A stretch of DNA of 64,000 nucleotides from Takakia lepidozioides (Eukaryota; Plantae; Bryophyta): the NCBI GenBank assembly GCA_030704615.1, contig CM060732.1, positions 9,176,001-9,240,000 on the forward strand. The letters run 5' to 3'. This document shows, piece after piece, positions 51,790 to 64,000 of this stretch. The translations under genes were made by a program, and so were the position numbers. Each line of letters opens with the position of its first letter. Position 1 is the stretch's first letter. The notes beneath the pieces were generated by a model. It did no database searches. It was not told where the DNA came from and saw nothing but the letters and a program-made list of their open reading frames with translations.

Positions 51790-52848
51790 CATATCAACGC
51801 GGCCAAGAGGGAGGAGATACCACGAGGTGTTTTGCAGTCATGAATATCAGATGGCATAGTTTGTTCGATGTGCAGGAATCCATACGGCCCAGAGGGATGT
51901 CATGTGCTTGGATCGTGTGGACATGTGTTCCATCTTGCATGTCTTATCCCGCAATCTTTGCGGATGAGCGCTTGCCTAGAATGTCGTACATCAATCCATC
52001 GCCGTTTCTATAAGCTGGTGGACTTGGAGGACATGATGCCGATAGATTTTAAATACAATTGACACAATCTCCCATTGGATGGTCAACCACATACATTTCT
52101 GAATTGTGTGCATTGGGGCAAAAGCTTGTTGTGGGATGCAGACAGAAAAATGCATGCCATACATGCCACAAACCCGCAATACGTTAGATCACCCCAATAT
52201 TTCTGGGTCACATCTAACTGGGAGATAACAATACATGCGGGAGGCATTGCCGATTGGTGGGAGAGAAAGTAGTTTTGCCGCAATTTGGGAGGGCATTGGA
52301 GTCAGAGAAAGACGAGGTTTTTCTGGTTGCCACAGATTCCATGGGTGTAAGAAGAAAACGAATTGTATAACCAAGAACCGATTGGGAGACATTTGTTGTT
52401 GTCCGAAGTGGAAGATGCTATAATATATCAACGCCAAATGAATGAGGCGTACGAGGCGGCTTATCGTCGAGACGACACAATGATTAGGGACCGGGCCCGC
52501 GAGAGGGTATTGGAAAGTTTCAAGGGTAGCATCAAGGCAGTTGTAAAGGAATGGAAGTGACTATGGACAGACTGTTTTCTTCTTGTTTCGGGGGCTCTGT
52601 TGTCGAATGTGAACGGCCTCATTGCCGATTTGCATGCAGCCCGAGCACGCGCCGAAGATCAACCTCCGCCACGTCGTGAGAGTCTGGAAGAGAGTCAACT
52701 TTCGTCGAAAAGTAGGCGGATGCTCGTCACTATTGATCAAATCCCATTGGGCCCCTCATTGACCACGAGATCACAGTCCCAGGCTCTCCGTATTGGCAGT
52801 GCAAATCAGGCCACACCATCACGTCCCTTGCCCCCTTCATCACCATGA
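51790..52848 (+). pseudogene. RING-H2 protein, copy 3 (diverged)
   Basis: CSMCRNPYGPEG..GSCGHVFHLACL..CLECRTSIHRRFY, FWVTSNWEITIHAGGI, QEPIGRHLLL, DQIPLGPSLTTRSQ; stops present. Confidence 0.8.
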
Positions 52849-53319
52849 AGTGAAGACAGTGACGAACGAGATTTCAATCACTAGCAACGTAGTACATAGA
52901 CTGTAGACAATGTGGATTTTTGTTGTACCTTGAATTTCTGCAATACACTGATAGGACTCTGCCAATTTTGTATATGCATCAATTTTGTTAATGCACAATG
53001 CACATGTGCGACACCTGCCAATTTCAATTGCATGAACAACGTTTTCTTCACATTTTCACTCGTGTGATGGGAAAGAAGTGGTTCACCCTATAAACACATT
53101 TACTATGGTGTCATATTGGGTCATGATGTGTATGTGGGTATCTGCAATGGACTCCGAAAGCTGGAGAACAAGGAAAAATGATATTAACCAATAAGTTATA
53201 ACGAGTTACGAACGGTCGTCTTCCAAACAAATTTTGCCTAGTCTCGTATTTCATAATCATTTCGAAAATTCTATCTACGTGTGACGAACATACCCACAAA
53301 GTTCTTGAAGCACAAAATA

Positions 53320-54775
53320 ATTTTGATTGATCTCATATTACTCAGGGACCTGTGAGATGGTACGTTGAACATACTGGCCAAGTCTCAAAGCGAAAGAAAA
53401 TCACTTGGATATGCACTCTTTATAGAGAGTTCTGCAATAGTGAGCAAAGAGAACACCTTTTTTTTTGGATCATTTTTGTTTGGTCCAAATTTTGGCAAGG
53501 ATGTAGCGGTGGGAGGCTTGAAGCCGCAGAACAAAATTGAGCCAAAAATAAAATTGATACGTGGCAGAAACCCCCAATCAAAGGCGGTGTAAACCTAATT
53601 GCTTCAAATTCATTTAAATTCAATTAAATTCTCGAATGGGTTGAGGGTTGAGCACGTCGATGGGGTGACAAATGATTTTTTCTTTTGTTGTGTCTCTGCA
53701 TATATGTCGCACACATGTTCAAGCACATGCGGACAAAAGATGGGCTTCAACCACATCCGTTCAATGGGTGCAATAGTCGTGCACGCATTGCATGATTTCT
53801 TTTTCGCAATGAACAAACACTGGATGACAAGTGAACGCCTCATTGGCCCATCGAACAGATTTTGATTGATCTCATATTACTTTGGGACCTGTCAGATAGT
53901 ACGTTGAACATGCTGGCCAAGTCTCGAAGCGAACGAAAATCATTTGGATGGGCAACCATCCGTTGGCCGAGGATTGATCTCATATTATTCTGGGACCTCT
54001 TAGATGGCACATTGAACATACTGGCCAAGTCTCAAAGCGATCCGAAATCATTTCAATGGGCAACCATCCGTTGAGCCATCGAATGAATTTCGATTCATCT
54101 CATATTAGTTCGGGACCTGATACATGGTATGTTGAACATACTGGCAAAGATTGAAAGCAAACGAAAATCATTTGGATGGGCACCCATTCGATCGCCCATT
54201 GAATAAATTTTGTTTCGTCTCATATTAGACCAGGACCTGTTACATGGTATGCCATTTGAAGCTCTTTTTGTAGTGTCTCTTGCTTCGTAATGCGGTGGCA
54301 TTTTATCCAATATGTCGATTTCTTGGAACAGATCCACACGTGTGTACAGAAATCCTTAAATAACCAAATTACCATTGCAACTTTTATAAGCCTCATCCCC
54401 AGCTTCCAGTTTTCATGGTCATTTGATTTTTTAAGTATTTATATACGCATGTGTGGATATGTTCCGGATGGAGAATATCAACATTGGAAAAATAAGAGTT
54501 GGAGAAGCACCTCATTACGAAGCAAGAGACATTACATAACACCTCAGCATGTTGAACATTTGGATGAAGAATCTTGCCCATCGTCACTTCAAGCGCTTCT
54601 GAAATGATCACATGTTTGTTGGTGGAAGCTAACGCGTCCTCGTTTCCCAACCACATTGATGTACCGGGACCTGTTGCATGGTATATTGAACGTAGTGGCA
54701 AAGTTGAAGCAAACAAAAACCATTTGGATCGTCAACCATTTGAGAGGGGGGTGAATGATTCGATCGCCCATTGAT
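53320..54775. repeat. 120-bp repeat array (type B) with spacer segment and fold-back inserts
   Basis: GATCTCATATTA..GGGACCT..TTGAACATACTGGCCAAGTCTCAAAGCGAA..AAATCATTTGGATGGGCAACCATCCG units. 53410-53670 matches the reverse complement of about 7300-7550. Confidence 0.85.
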
Positions 54776-55432
54776 CAAGCACCTTCATGGGTGCCCTGCC
54801 TTTTGAAGCTCTTTTTGTAGTGTCTCATGTTTCGTAATGCGGTGCTTCTCCATGTTCTCTTTCTGGTGCCATTCTCGATCTGGAAGAAATCCACAAGTGT
54901 GTAGAAATCCTAAAAAAACCAAATAACCATCAAAATTTGAAGCCTCATTCCCGGACCGCAGCTTCTCAGACGTTTTTTTTTTTTTTTTTTAAAGGATTTC
55001 TATACACGTCTGGATGTCTTCCAGATCAAGAATGTCATCAAATTGGAAAAAGAAGAGCTAGAGAAGCACCGCATTACGAAGCACAACACATTACATAAGA
55101 CCTCAACATGTTCAACATTTAAATGATGTCAGGTGAACCATTTCGTTCGTCACTTGAAGTGCTTCTAAAATGATCTCATGTTTGTTGGTAGGAGGCTAAA
55201 GGTAACGCGTCATCGTCTGCCAATCATGCCTCCCCGTAGGCACATTGATCTCGTACTAGTCGAAGACTCCCGTAGGCCATATTGAACGTTTCATGTGATA
55301 CATTTTCACAAATGCGATGTGATACATTTTTGAAATGGTATCACATCAACCGTTTAATGTGGCCAATGCATCTCTTCCGCACTATGGCGGAAATGTTCGC
55401 CACTTGAAGGCACAAACACAAATAATCCGTGC

Positions 55433-56435
55433 AAACAATATCAAGAATCATATGTACTGCAAGGTGTTTCATACTGCCGATTTTCATATAGCTGATTTCT
55501 TTAGGAATCGTTTTGCTACTCCCATGCCAACAACATCAGGTCCACTGGGACTGCCATATTCTGAATTCCGTATCAGCCACCACGGACATGAAACCAAGAA
55601 CTGAGCACCAAATCTCCAATTCATTCAATTTATGGTGGGCCGTGGCTGCAAGCTGGCCGGGGTGGCTGATACGTTCGTTTGAACATGACAGTCTCAGAGG
55701 ACCTGATGTTGTTGGCACAGGAATAGCAAAAAGTGTACTACAGAATTCAGCTAGGGGAACAACAATAGCATCAAACACCTTACCGTAAATATGATTGTTA
55801 ATATTTGTTGTGACAGATGCCATCAATAGAGAATTCACACCATCTGTTGCAATTTGCACTCCAGCAGCAGTACCGGTCCCCCGATAAATAAAGTTCCATT
55901 GTAAATAATAAATTGCATACGCTCCAACCTCACAGATGTCATTTCAACAAAACCGGTCATATACTGTGTCACTGTTTGTATGTTCCAATGTTCCAACGTT
56001 TCTGATAAGGTTCTGAGAAAAACGATGTATTGGTTCCGTAGGAGTTAGACAACTTACGTTCCATATCTCATTCTCATGTGCGACACTACCATAAGAGACA
56101 TGAGTATGTAAGTAACAGGTGTACATGCGACCTCAGGACGTTCCAGTAAACCATTCGCTGGACCTAGTATTGAACGTTCGGACTTCAGAGGTCGCATGTG
56201 CACATGTTACTTTCAGACTCATGCTCTCATGGTAGGGTCGCACATCCGAATGAGATGTGGGACGCTAATTGTTTAACTCATACGGAACTAATACATCGTT
56301 TTTTCAGAACCCTAGCGGAAACGTTGGAACATTACAAATATAAACAATGAGACAATACACAAACCATTTATGTTGCAATGATAAGTGCCAGGGTCGAACA
56401 TATGCAATGTAGTATTTACAATGGGATTTTATTTA
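55433..56435. repeat. Two adjacent diverged fold-backs (arms about 150 bp and about 260 bp)
   Basis: 55433-55582 versus 55662-55812, and about 55885-56146 versus 56170-56435, are imperfect inverted repeats. Confidence 0.8.
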
Positions 56436-56499
56436 TTACATGCACGATCAAAATTGAGTTCTGTCTTCACTGCAAATCTCATATCTACGAGACTATGGT

Positions 56500-57935
56500 C
56501 TACTCCGTCCTATATACGCCTTTGGGCTCACGCCAATTGAATGGCTTGCCCATGAACCGAAGTACTATATGGGCTAATGTGACTCTTTCTTTCTTGTTGT
56601 TGTCGTACAATTTTTGTAGCATTGAATGCCAACAACCTCTCGTAAATTGGTCCTCGAACATACTTTGATTATAATGAGCGATGTCATTTATTCGTACCGC
56701 TATCTTCCCAACGGCAAAGGTCTCCGACGTCATGTCCTGGGGGGGGGGCATTCACATTAAAAACCGATGCAATATTTTTTTCCACCAACCATCTTTTCGC
56801 GAGTTCCCAGTCCAGCTTCTCCTGGTTTTCAAACTGGTACGGCGAGACTTTGCGTATGCCCAATGGGGTGGCTAAGCCCCAATCACACACCCCAATCTTG
56901 ATCTCCTCGGTGCCATCTAGAAAATACAACAAGATTTTGTCGAGGGACAAGTCGTTATGCATGACACCGTTCTTATGGACAACATCCATGATGCACACCA
57001 GTACCCATGCAAGTTTACTGCGCACTTTCCAGAAACGAAGCAAGCGATCGCACTCCTGGAACTCTGTTTCCATTCCCTTTTGTTCCAAAATCACCATGTC
57101 GTCCGAATCGTTGCCCCATTTTCTATCAAGGTTCATCATGTTGCGTATTGTCCCCGCATTCCATCAGCGAGTGTAACCCTCTACCTCACGTGCATTCATA
57201 GCAAAATATGAGATAACACCCGGATGCTGGAACTTCACTCTCAAACACTCGTCGTTATGTTGTCTCAACGAATTTTCTGAATTTTTGGACTTGGGTATTT
57301 TTCCCGCTAGCTCCCAACGCTCCGGTATTCTAGAATCGCCAACAATCCTACACTGACGGACCTTAGCATACCCTCATTCTTTGTAAGGGCCAACCTCTAC
57401 CACCTTCACACTTGAGTTCAGATAATAAAGACCAGTTGTGCCTCCCCCGTCCGATGTGCCTTCCAAGGGACAGCCCTAGTCCGGCGTTGTGAATTCTGAC
57501 TTGCCGAGCAAACCCAATACTCGACATGCCGCATTAACTCAGCTTCGGCGGAGGGTTCCCGACCCTCGGTTGTTCTACCATTCCATGTCTTCTTTAGCTG
57601 CTTAAAATTCCACGTGGCCTCTTTCGCCCTACTTTGGATCCACCGATTGAACTTCGGATTGTCCCTGTCCGCCGTCCATCTAACCCCCGCCAAAGCGTCC
57701 GTCATTTTCCTCTCCATATTCTGCTGGAAAATCTGAAACCATTCTCATCCATGCCTGACATAAGCACTCTCCAGCCTCATCATGTCCTTACGCTTGAAAT
57801 AATCCACTACCACTTCTTTCACCCTATCCAAGGCATCCGGTCCCGGGTAGTCTTGCTTGTTGACATGGCTATCCCGCTAGTGGGCACATTTTCTCTTCCT
57901 CCAACCCCCAGACGACCCCGCACCAGAACTTGAAT
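56500..57935 (-). pseudogene. Atypical Ser/Thr-type protein kinase, copy 2
   Basis: Same N-terminal domain (ATWNFKQ..RRTRAVPWKA), GYAKVRQCRIVGD..WELAGK, HNDLSLDKILL, IGVCDWGLA, and C-terminal FNWREPK; stops and frameshifts. Confidence 0.8.
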
Positions 57936-58404
57936 TCACAACCCCCGACATTGTATAAACTTTAGCCCACTACAGGGGATAAAACCTCAGAAAATGGCAA
58001 TGGACGCGTGTGAATGGTATCTTCGTAGTTTCTGCAAAAAAACAGGTCGCCGGAGATCCGAAAATGGCAAAATGGTGATACGATGATTGAACCGTGAACA
58101 AGGGTGTAGGACTGACCAATAAAAAACCGACAAAACCTCTCCCCCTCCCCAAAAAAATCACCTTTGCACCTCCCGTTGGCAGTGCTAAGCAACGAAGTCC
58201 GAAAGGACTACAGGATGCCAAGGAACCGCACCACGAGAGGGGCAAAAGTGATCAAAAAAAGAGGGGGAATGGTTTATATAGGCGCCCACCAGCCCCCCCT
58301 CCAAAAAAATGGCATTATGCTTGAAAAGGCGCGACAGGCCAATGGCGCCTCGCCATGTGTCAATGCGGCGCGACTGACCAGTCGCACCTCGCCATGCGCA
58401 CATA

Positions 58405-59580
58405 CATGGGAGAGATCAAGGGTTCAAAACCACCTCTCCCCCCCCCCCCTCCCATTTGGTTCGTTTTTCTTGATCAGTGCCGCCTCGCCTCGTGGCTGCC
58501 GCTTAATGATTAAAAAAAAAAACGACCGCCACACGCGGGTCCCTGGATTTCAAAAAAAAAAAAACACGCGACCGCCACATGGTGGTCGCTATATTTATAA
58601 AAACAAAAAGAGCGGCAGCCATTGCATTTTTTTTAAATATATTAAATAAGCGCCCGTCGTTTGGCGGTCGCTTAATAAAAAAAACGACCGCCGCCAAATG
58701 GGGGTTGCTATAGTTTTAATTTAAAAAAATGACCACCACATGGCGGTCACTGCATTTTTTAAAAATATATTAAATAAGCGACCGCTGTTTGGCGGTCGCT
58801 TAATTCAAGATTCAAAATTAAAAAAATGACCGCCGCCAAATGGCGGTTGCTATAGTCTTTATAAAAACAAAGCGACCGCCACATGGCGGTCGTTGTATTT
58901 TTTGAAATATATTAAATAAGCGACCGCCAAACGGCGGTCGCTTAATTCAAGATTCAAAATAAAAAAAAGTGACTGCGCAACCAGATGGGAGATGTCAACG
59001 GTTCAAAACCACCTCCCCCCCCCCTCCCATTTGTTTCATTTTTCCTGACCCGTGGCGCCTCGCCATGTGGCTGGCGAGGCGCCGCTTCATGATTTAAAAA
59101 ACAAAACGACCGCCACACGGCGGGTCCCTGGATTTCAAACAAAAAACAAAAACATGGCGGTCGATATATTTATAAAAAACAAAAAGAGCGATCGCCACTG
59201 CATTTTTAAAAAATATATTAAATAAGCGACCGCCGTTTGGTGGTCGCTTAATTCAAGATTCAAAATTAAAAAACGACCGCCGCCAAATGGCAGTCGCTAT
59301 AGTTTCTATTTTTTTAAAAACGACCGCCACATGGCGGTCGTTGCATGTTTTAGAAATATATTAAATAAGCGACCGCCGTTTGGCGGTCGTTTAATTCAAG
59401 ATTCAAAATATAAAAAAAGGGACCACCGCCAAATGGCGGTCGCTATAGTTTTTATAAAAAACAAAGTGACTACCACATGACGGTCTCTGCATTTTTTTTT
59501 TAATTATACATTAAGTGACAACCAAACGGTGGTCGTTTAATTCAAGATTCAAAATAAATAAAAAACGACCGCCGCCAAAT
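58405..59580. repeat. Palindromic array GCGACCGCC-N4-5-GGCGGTCGC (right), with higher-order duplication
   Basis: About 20 units. The block 58405-58560 is repeated at about 58985-59150. Lies upstream of kinase copy 2. Confidence 0.9.
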
Positions 59581-60420
59581 GACGGATGTAATGGCGAAAT
59601 TTCTGCACCATGTATATCATTGCCAAAGCTTCTCTTTCCGTGGTCGTATAATTTCACTCGGCCGGGTTCATCAGCCGGTAGGCGTAATAGATGGTCTGGT
59701 CAGTTCCCCCGTTCTGGTTCTGAGACAGCACTGCGTCTAATGCCGTGTTAGAAGTGTCCGTATGAACATGGAACTCAAGTTTCCAGTCTGGGATGATCAG
59801 TATGGGTGCCTCCGCTAGTGCCTCCTTAAGCACTTCAAATGCTGCCTGACATTTGTCATCCTACTCATAGTGTTCTCCCTTCTTAAGCAGGCGTGTGATC
59901 GGTCCTGCCTTGATGGTCAACAAACTTCCTGTAGAACGGCCCTGACTGTCCCAAGAATCCCTTCAGTTTCTTTGGGTTTTCCGGTGGGGGTAATTTCCGA
60001 ATCACTTCGACCTTTCGTGGGTCGACTAGCAGTCCTTGTTGCAGACCACATGTCCCAACAATATTCCAGAGGATACGCAAAACGCACACTTTTCCGGGTT
60101 CAGGCTGATTCCGACCTTCCTGCAACATTGGAGGCATCTCTCCAGACATCGTAGGTGGTGTTCCAGATACTGAACTCGTCCAAGAACACTTGCATGAAGG
60201 CGTTGAGGAATTCTTGAAATGACTCCGAGACTATCCGCTGGAAGGTTGCTGGAGCGTTGCATAATGCAAACGGCATCACTCGGTATGCTTAAGCTCCCCA
60301 CTCGGTGATAAAGCTCGTCTTCCCTTGGTCTTCCTCTGCTATCTTGACCTAGTTATATCCGCTGAATCCATCCATGAAGCTGTACATCTCGTGGCCCGCG
60401 ACTGTTTCCAGCACCTGTCC
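59581..60420 (-). mobile_element. Ty3/Gypsy RT-RNase H fragment
   Basis: YSFMDGFSGYN..KTSFITEWG..MPFALCNAPATFQR..VFLDEF; SLNPEKCAF..LLGHVV; NYTTTEREALAM..KFRHYI, cut at the repeat array. Confidence 0.9.
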
Positions 60421-60458
60421 TCACTTGGAAATCAACAATGTGGTAGTTGGGTCAATAC

Positions 60459-61737
60459 TAGTGTTGGACCGGTATATAGGTCCAACCTAGGTATCAATAC
60501 TGATATCAACCCGGGTAGGTAAGACCATACCCGGCTGGTAGGTAGGGTGGCCCCCCGGACAATACCATATTAGGGGCAATATATATCTCGCTGTGGTGTA
60601 TACCATACCTGCCTGGTATTGCAATGGACGGGATTGTTGTTGATACCAGTATTGCTACGATGTGAGCCTCGAAACGGCACAGTAGGTGTATGTGTGGAGT
60701 TAGGGCAAGGGAATGCATATGCGGCTACTTCATTAATGATGGGCTTAGTGGTGAGGCATTCTATTTCCAGCTTGCATCAATCCAATGTTTGAGTTGTAGT
60801 AGAAGCCTAGGAAGGCATTTTGAGTCATGCGGCAGTCCATTATATGAGCATAGCATTTTATGGCATCTTTTTGATACTCAATGTGTGTGAGCTCAATTCT
60901 GGTTTTGTATGTGCATTATGTTGTAATTGTGATCCAATGTGAACGTCAATTTTTTTTTTTCAAGTTATTGAATATCTTCTTGAATATATTGAATATTCCA
61001 TATACCCACCCGGGCAATAATCATATTCCCCCAATATGAGATTGAAAAAAACAAATAATTGATACCCTACTACTGTACATCCACAAATTCATGTTGTTGA
61101 TACCCCTCCTATACCCTACCCGGCCCCCTTACCCCAATACCAGGACCATACCAGTGTTGGGCGGTTCTTAGTTTTTTTTTCATATCCGCCGTGTCCGGAT
61201 ACTTGACAAATTAGATAATGATATATCCTGCGGATCCGGATAGTAGAATAATCTGCATTTCTAATATCCGCCGGTTATGCATAGTAGAAGTTTTTTTTAA
61301 ATCTGCCGGATATAAATAAGTCCGGATATTCAGATTATAATATCCGGCGGTCATAGAGTAATCCGGATATATGAATTATAAAAATGTTAAAAAAAATTAC
61401 TCAATTTAAGAAATTACAATTCTAATAAAATATTTTTATTTTATTTTTTCCTTAACCCTTCTTCGGTTGAGATCCAGTATTTTGGCTATATATCCGGAAA
61501 CAATCCGATTATTAATCCTTTTTATATCTGGCGGGTAGGATCCTATCCGTATCCTCTGTTTTATGTATCTGCCGGATATAAATAATAGTCGGATATCAAA
61601 TAGCTGCCGGATCCGGATCCACAGGTATCCGGATCACTCTATATCCGTCCAACACTAGACCATACCAGTCTTGGGAAATATGGCTCTTGTGATACCTGGT
61701 CCTGGTATCATATTTTTGTGATACCACTCCAACACTG
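60459..61737. mobile_element. Non-autonomous hAT element
   Basis: Termini TAGTGTTGGA...TCCAACACTG; 8-bp TSD GTCAATAC. Confidence 0.9.
61152..61657. mobile_element. Nested non-autonomous hAT element rich in ATCCGG subterminal motifs
   Basis: Termini CAGTGTTGGGCGG...CCGTCCAACACTA; 8-bp TSD GACCATAC. Confidence 0.9.
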
Positions 61738-61785
61738 GTCAATACATGCAAGCGGAAACAATTCGATGGCCAGATGAAGGACCTA

Positions 61786-61883
61786 CCTAGGGGGGTTATT
61801 CATCATTACCTCTATTTCTATTAATTTATTATGTCCTGGTTTGTATTTCTTTTTGGGGCCCTGCGTATGTAGAGCCCCCTAGG
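61786..61883. mobile_element. Tiny TIR element with TA target duplication
   Basis: TA|CCTAGGGGG ... CCCCCTAGG|TA. Confidence 0.5.
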
Positions 61884-64000
61884 TACTAGTACGTAGCAAG
61901 TAGTAAGTAGTAAGAATAGATAGTAAGATGCAACTTTATATACCTTATATACCCTAGTGGGGCGGTGGGACCTTCTAAAAGGCTGCCCTTACACACGTCA
62001 CTCCTAGAATGGCGGACCTTCTAGCGGACTAGGCAGACCCTCCAACACTCCTAGAATGGCGGACCTTCTAACGGACTAGGCAGACCCTCCAACAGACCGA
62101 CTCCAACCTTCTAGCAGACCCTCCAGACCGACGAGCGGACTGGCACCTCTCCAGCAGACTGGGCAGACCCCCTCCAGCAGACCAGCTTGGACCCTCCAGC
62201 AGACCGGCAGACCCTTCGACAAAACATATAATTAATAACACACGTTACTGCCACAATACAACGTAACAAGATTTGAACACCACACCTCCTGTTTACCATT
62301 CATTACTCTTAGCTACCACACTACCCACCACATTCTACAAACTCCTTGCAATAACTAATGCTTTATGTGCATATTGTGAGCCCCAACACACTAGCTCATG
62401 TGTTTTATGGGCCCAACAAACCCGCTGGGCAGACCCATCAGGCATTGGCGGGTCCGGGTAGGGCCGTTCCCACCCGCCAGGACCCTCTACCACACGCGGG
62501 CCCGCCGCAATCACATGTGCGGGCATTCATGACCCTATTATTGTTAAATGAGAAGCCCTTCCCCCCACATGACAGTTATTAATTGAACTCCTGCTGTAGC
62601 TTAATATAACTCCCGCTTCACAATTCCTAGACCACTCTCTAACCCCCACACCCCCTTTCAAACCTGGACCCTTATGAAGGACTAGCTAGAATTTTCTTTA
62701 AATAAAAACTCCAAAAAGTGACTAAAATGTTTACAGACTGTGCAACACGATCTCAGCTCTGCAGAGTGGATGGAGGCAATCTGGCAGAGAGGCCAGTAAA
62801 AAGCCCACTTCGCGGCCGCTAGGGTCTGCTGACTCCGTGGACCCCGCGCGACCCGGCCCGGACCGAACCGACTCGACTCGACTCGGCGCATAGACCAGCC
62901 CGTGTAGACTAGTGTAGCCTAAACTGAATGCTAATCCGAGTCTAAGGTTTCTTGGAGGCGGCCCCGCTCCCGCCATCGCGCTTGCGCTTCAAGAATTGCA
63001 GGCTCGCGCATCACGCTTGTCTCAGTAGAAGACAGGGGAGGAGGAGTGATGTGGCAAGAGAGAGCGAGACGGTGTATGAAGTGATGCGAGCACACGGAAT
63101 TTAGCCAGGGAAGAACGAGAAAGAAAGGACTGACTGTATACTGTCCGCTAGAGAAAGAGACTTCAGTAGAAGTAAATGAGTCCGTCAGTGTGCTAGATTG
63201 AGGAGATTGCGAATATTTTTCCCTGCTGAACTCCGCTACGCACGCACGCTGGGCACTGACGTCAAGAACTTCGGGAGTAAGTAAGGAGGTGTAACTGATA
63301 GGTGGCTAGGCCCGTAGACTGAGGGAGAGAGGGAGAAAACAGTAATTCTAGAGGTGGAATCTCCATCCGGCAGCAGATAGTCGAAGCCTCTCGCGCAATA
63401 GCTTTCTCTGTTCAGGCATATATACGATTCATGTGCACATATACACACACAGAAGGATAAGTTGACCCGGCAAGTAAATTGGTAGAGATCGAATACAGTA
63501 GCAGCAGTGAAAGAAAGGAAAGCGGGCCTGTCAATTTGCCAAGAAACACACCTGGACTGCTGCCGGACTCCGAATTACAGGAACGGTACTGTAGTGAAGG
63601 AGAGAATCTTGACACTTTCAGAAACTAACACTTGAAAGATCTTATGAGAAGAGAGATTTGCAGGGGTATCTGCAGCAGAGAAGGCTAGGGAGAGAATCAC
63701 TTATCTACCACTTGGTGGAAGAGTTGAGCATGGTGATGAGAGATTCTTTTAGTTTGCAAACTTCAAGACAGGCTGCAGAGGAAAGGGGAAGCTGAGATTT
63801 GAGAGGGAACCAAAGGACAGAGACACTGTCAAATAGAAAAGAACTTGGAAGAACCTTACGTCCGACCTTCTCAATGTGGTCGGTGCATGCCTGTGCATAT
63901 TATGGTGCGGTTTGTCTCCTACTGCTCCTTTCATGCATCACAAGATTGGAGGCACAAATACGTGCACAGTATCGTGTGATGCTCTCTGAACCTCATGTTC

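Noticed and set aside
47965-59580. GCGACC palindrome arrays (also 23418-23700) as CRISPR arrays
   Set aside because: The linkers are AT-rich, mutually similar and show higher-order periodicity rather than unique spacers. The repeats are degenerate, there are no cas genes, and the context is eukaryotic.
1-59580. Endogenous giant virus or Polinton origin for the module
   Set aside because: No capsid, packaging ATPase, DNA polymerase B or primase motifs are seen in this window. It cannot be excluded, but it is unsupported.
62682-63934. Short - strand ORFs and CT-rich leader as a host gene 5' end
   Set aside because: Composition suggests a UTR/promoter, but no recognisable protein or conserved uORF supports a call.

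Overview
Repeat-rich, intron-containing eukaryotic DNA, most likely a land plant and probably a bryophyte. Support for this: PLS-type PPR fragments, an OSB/PDF-motif gene relic, a chromovirus chromodomain, a plant L1 LINE and TTTAGGG motifs. No intact host protein-coding gene is confidently visible. Ordinary TE debris includes Ty3/Gypsy pieces, a LINE 3' end, a pogo-like element, hAT MITEs with 8-bp TSDs and Helitron-like repeats. The notable content is a recurring multi-gene module seen in three overlapping, decayed segments (about 1-11.1 kb, 15.4-23.7 kb and 48.0-59.6 kb). It comprises: (i) a spliced gene with a ParB/Srx-like N-terminus (DGNHR, seen in copy 1 only) and a beta-class N4C/N6A DNA-methyltransferase-like C-terminus with an atypical, conserved DIPDG motif (3 copies); (ii) a RING-H2 protein with a conserved unknown C-terminal domain (3 copies); (iii) an atypical Ser/Thr-type kinase (2 copies); (iv) exact 120-bp tandem arrays between the RING and kinase genes; (v) palindromic repeat arrays upstream of the genes and inside introns; and (vi) in one copy, a BED/DUF659 hAT transposase. 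I infer a family of large cargo-carrying DNA elements encoding their own DNA- and protein-modification enzymes. All copies here carry stops or frameshifts, and no single copy shows all the genes. Domain calls come from manual motif reading, not from database searches.
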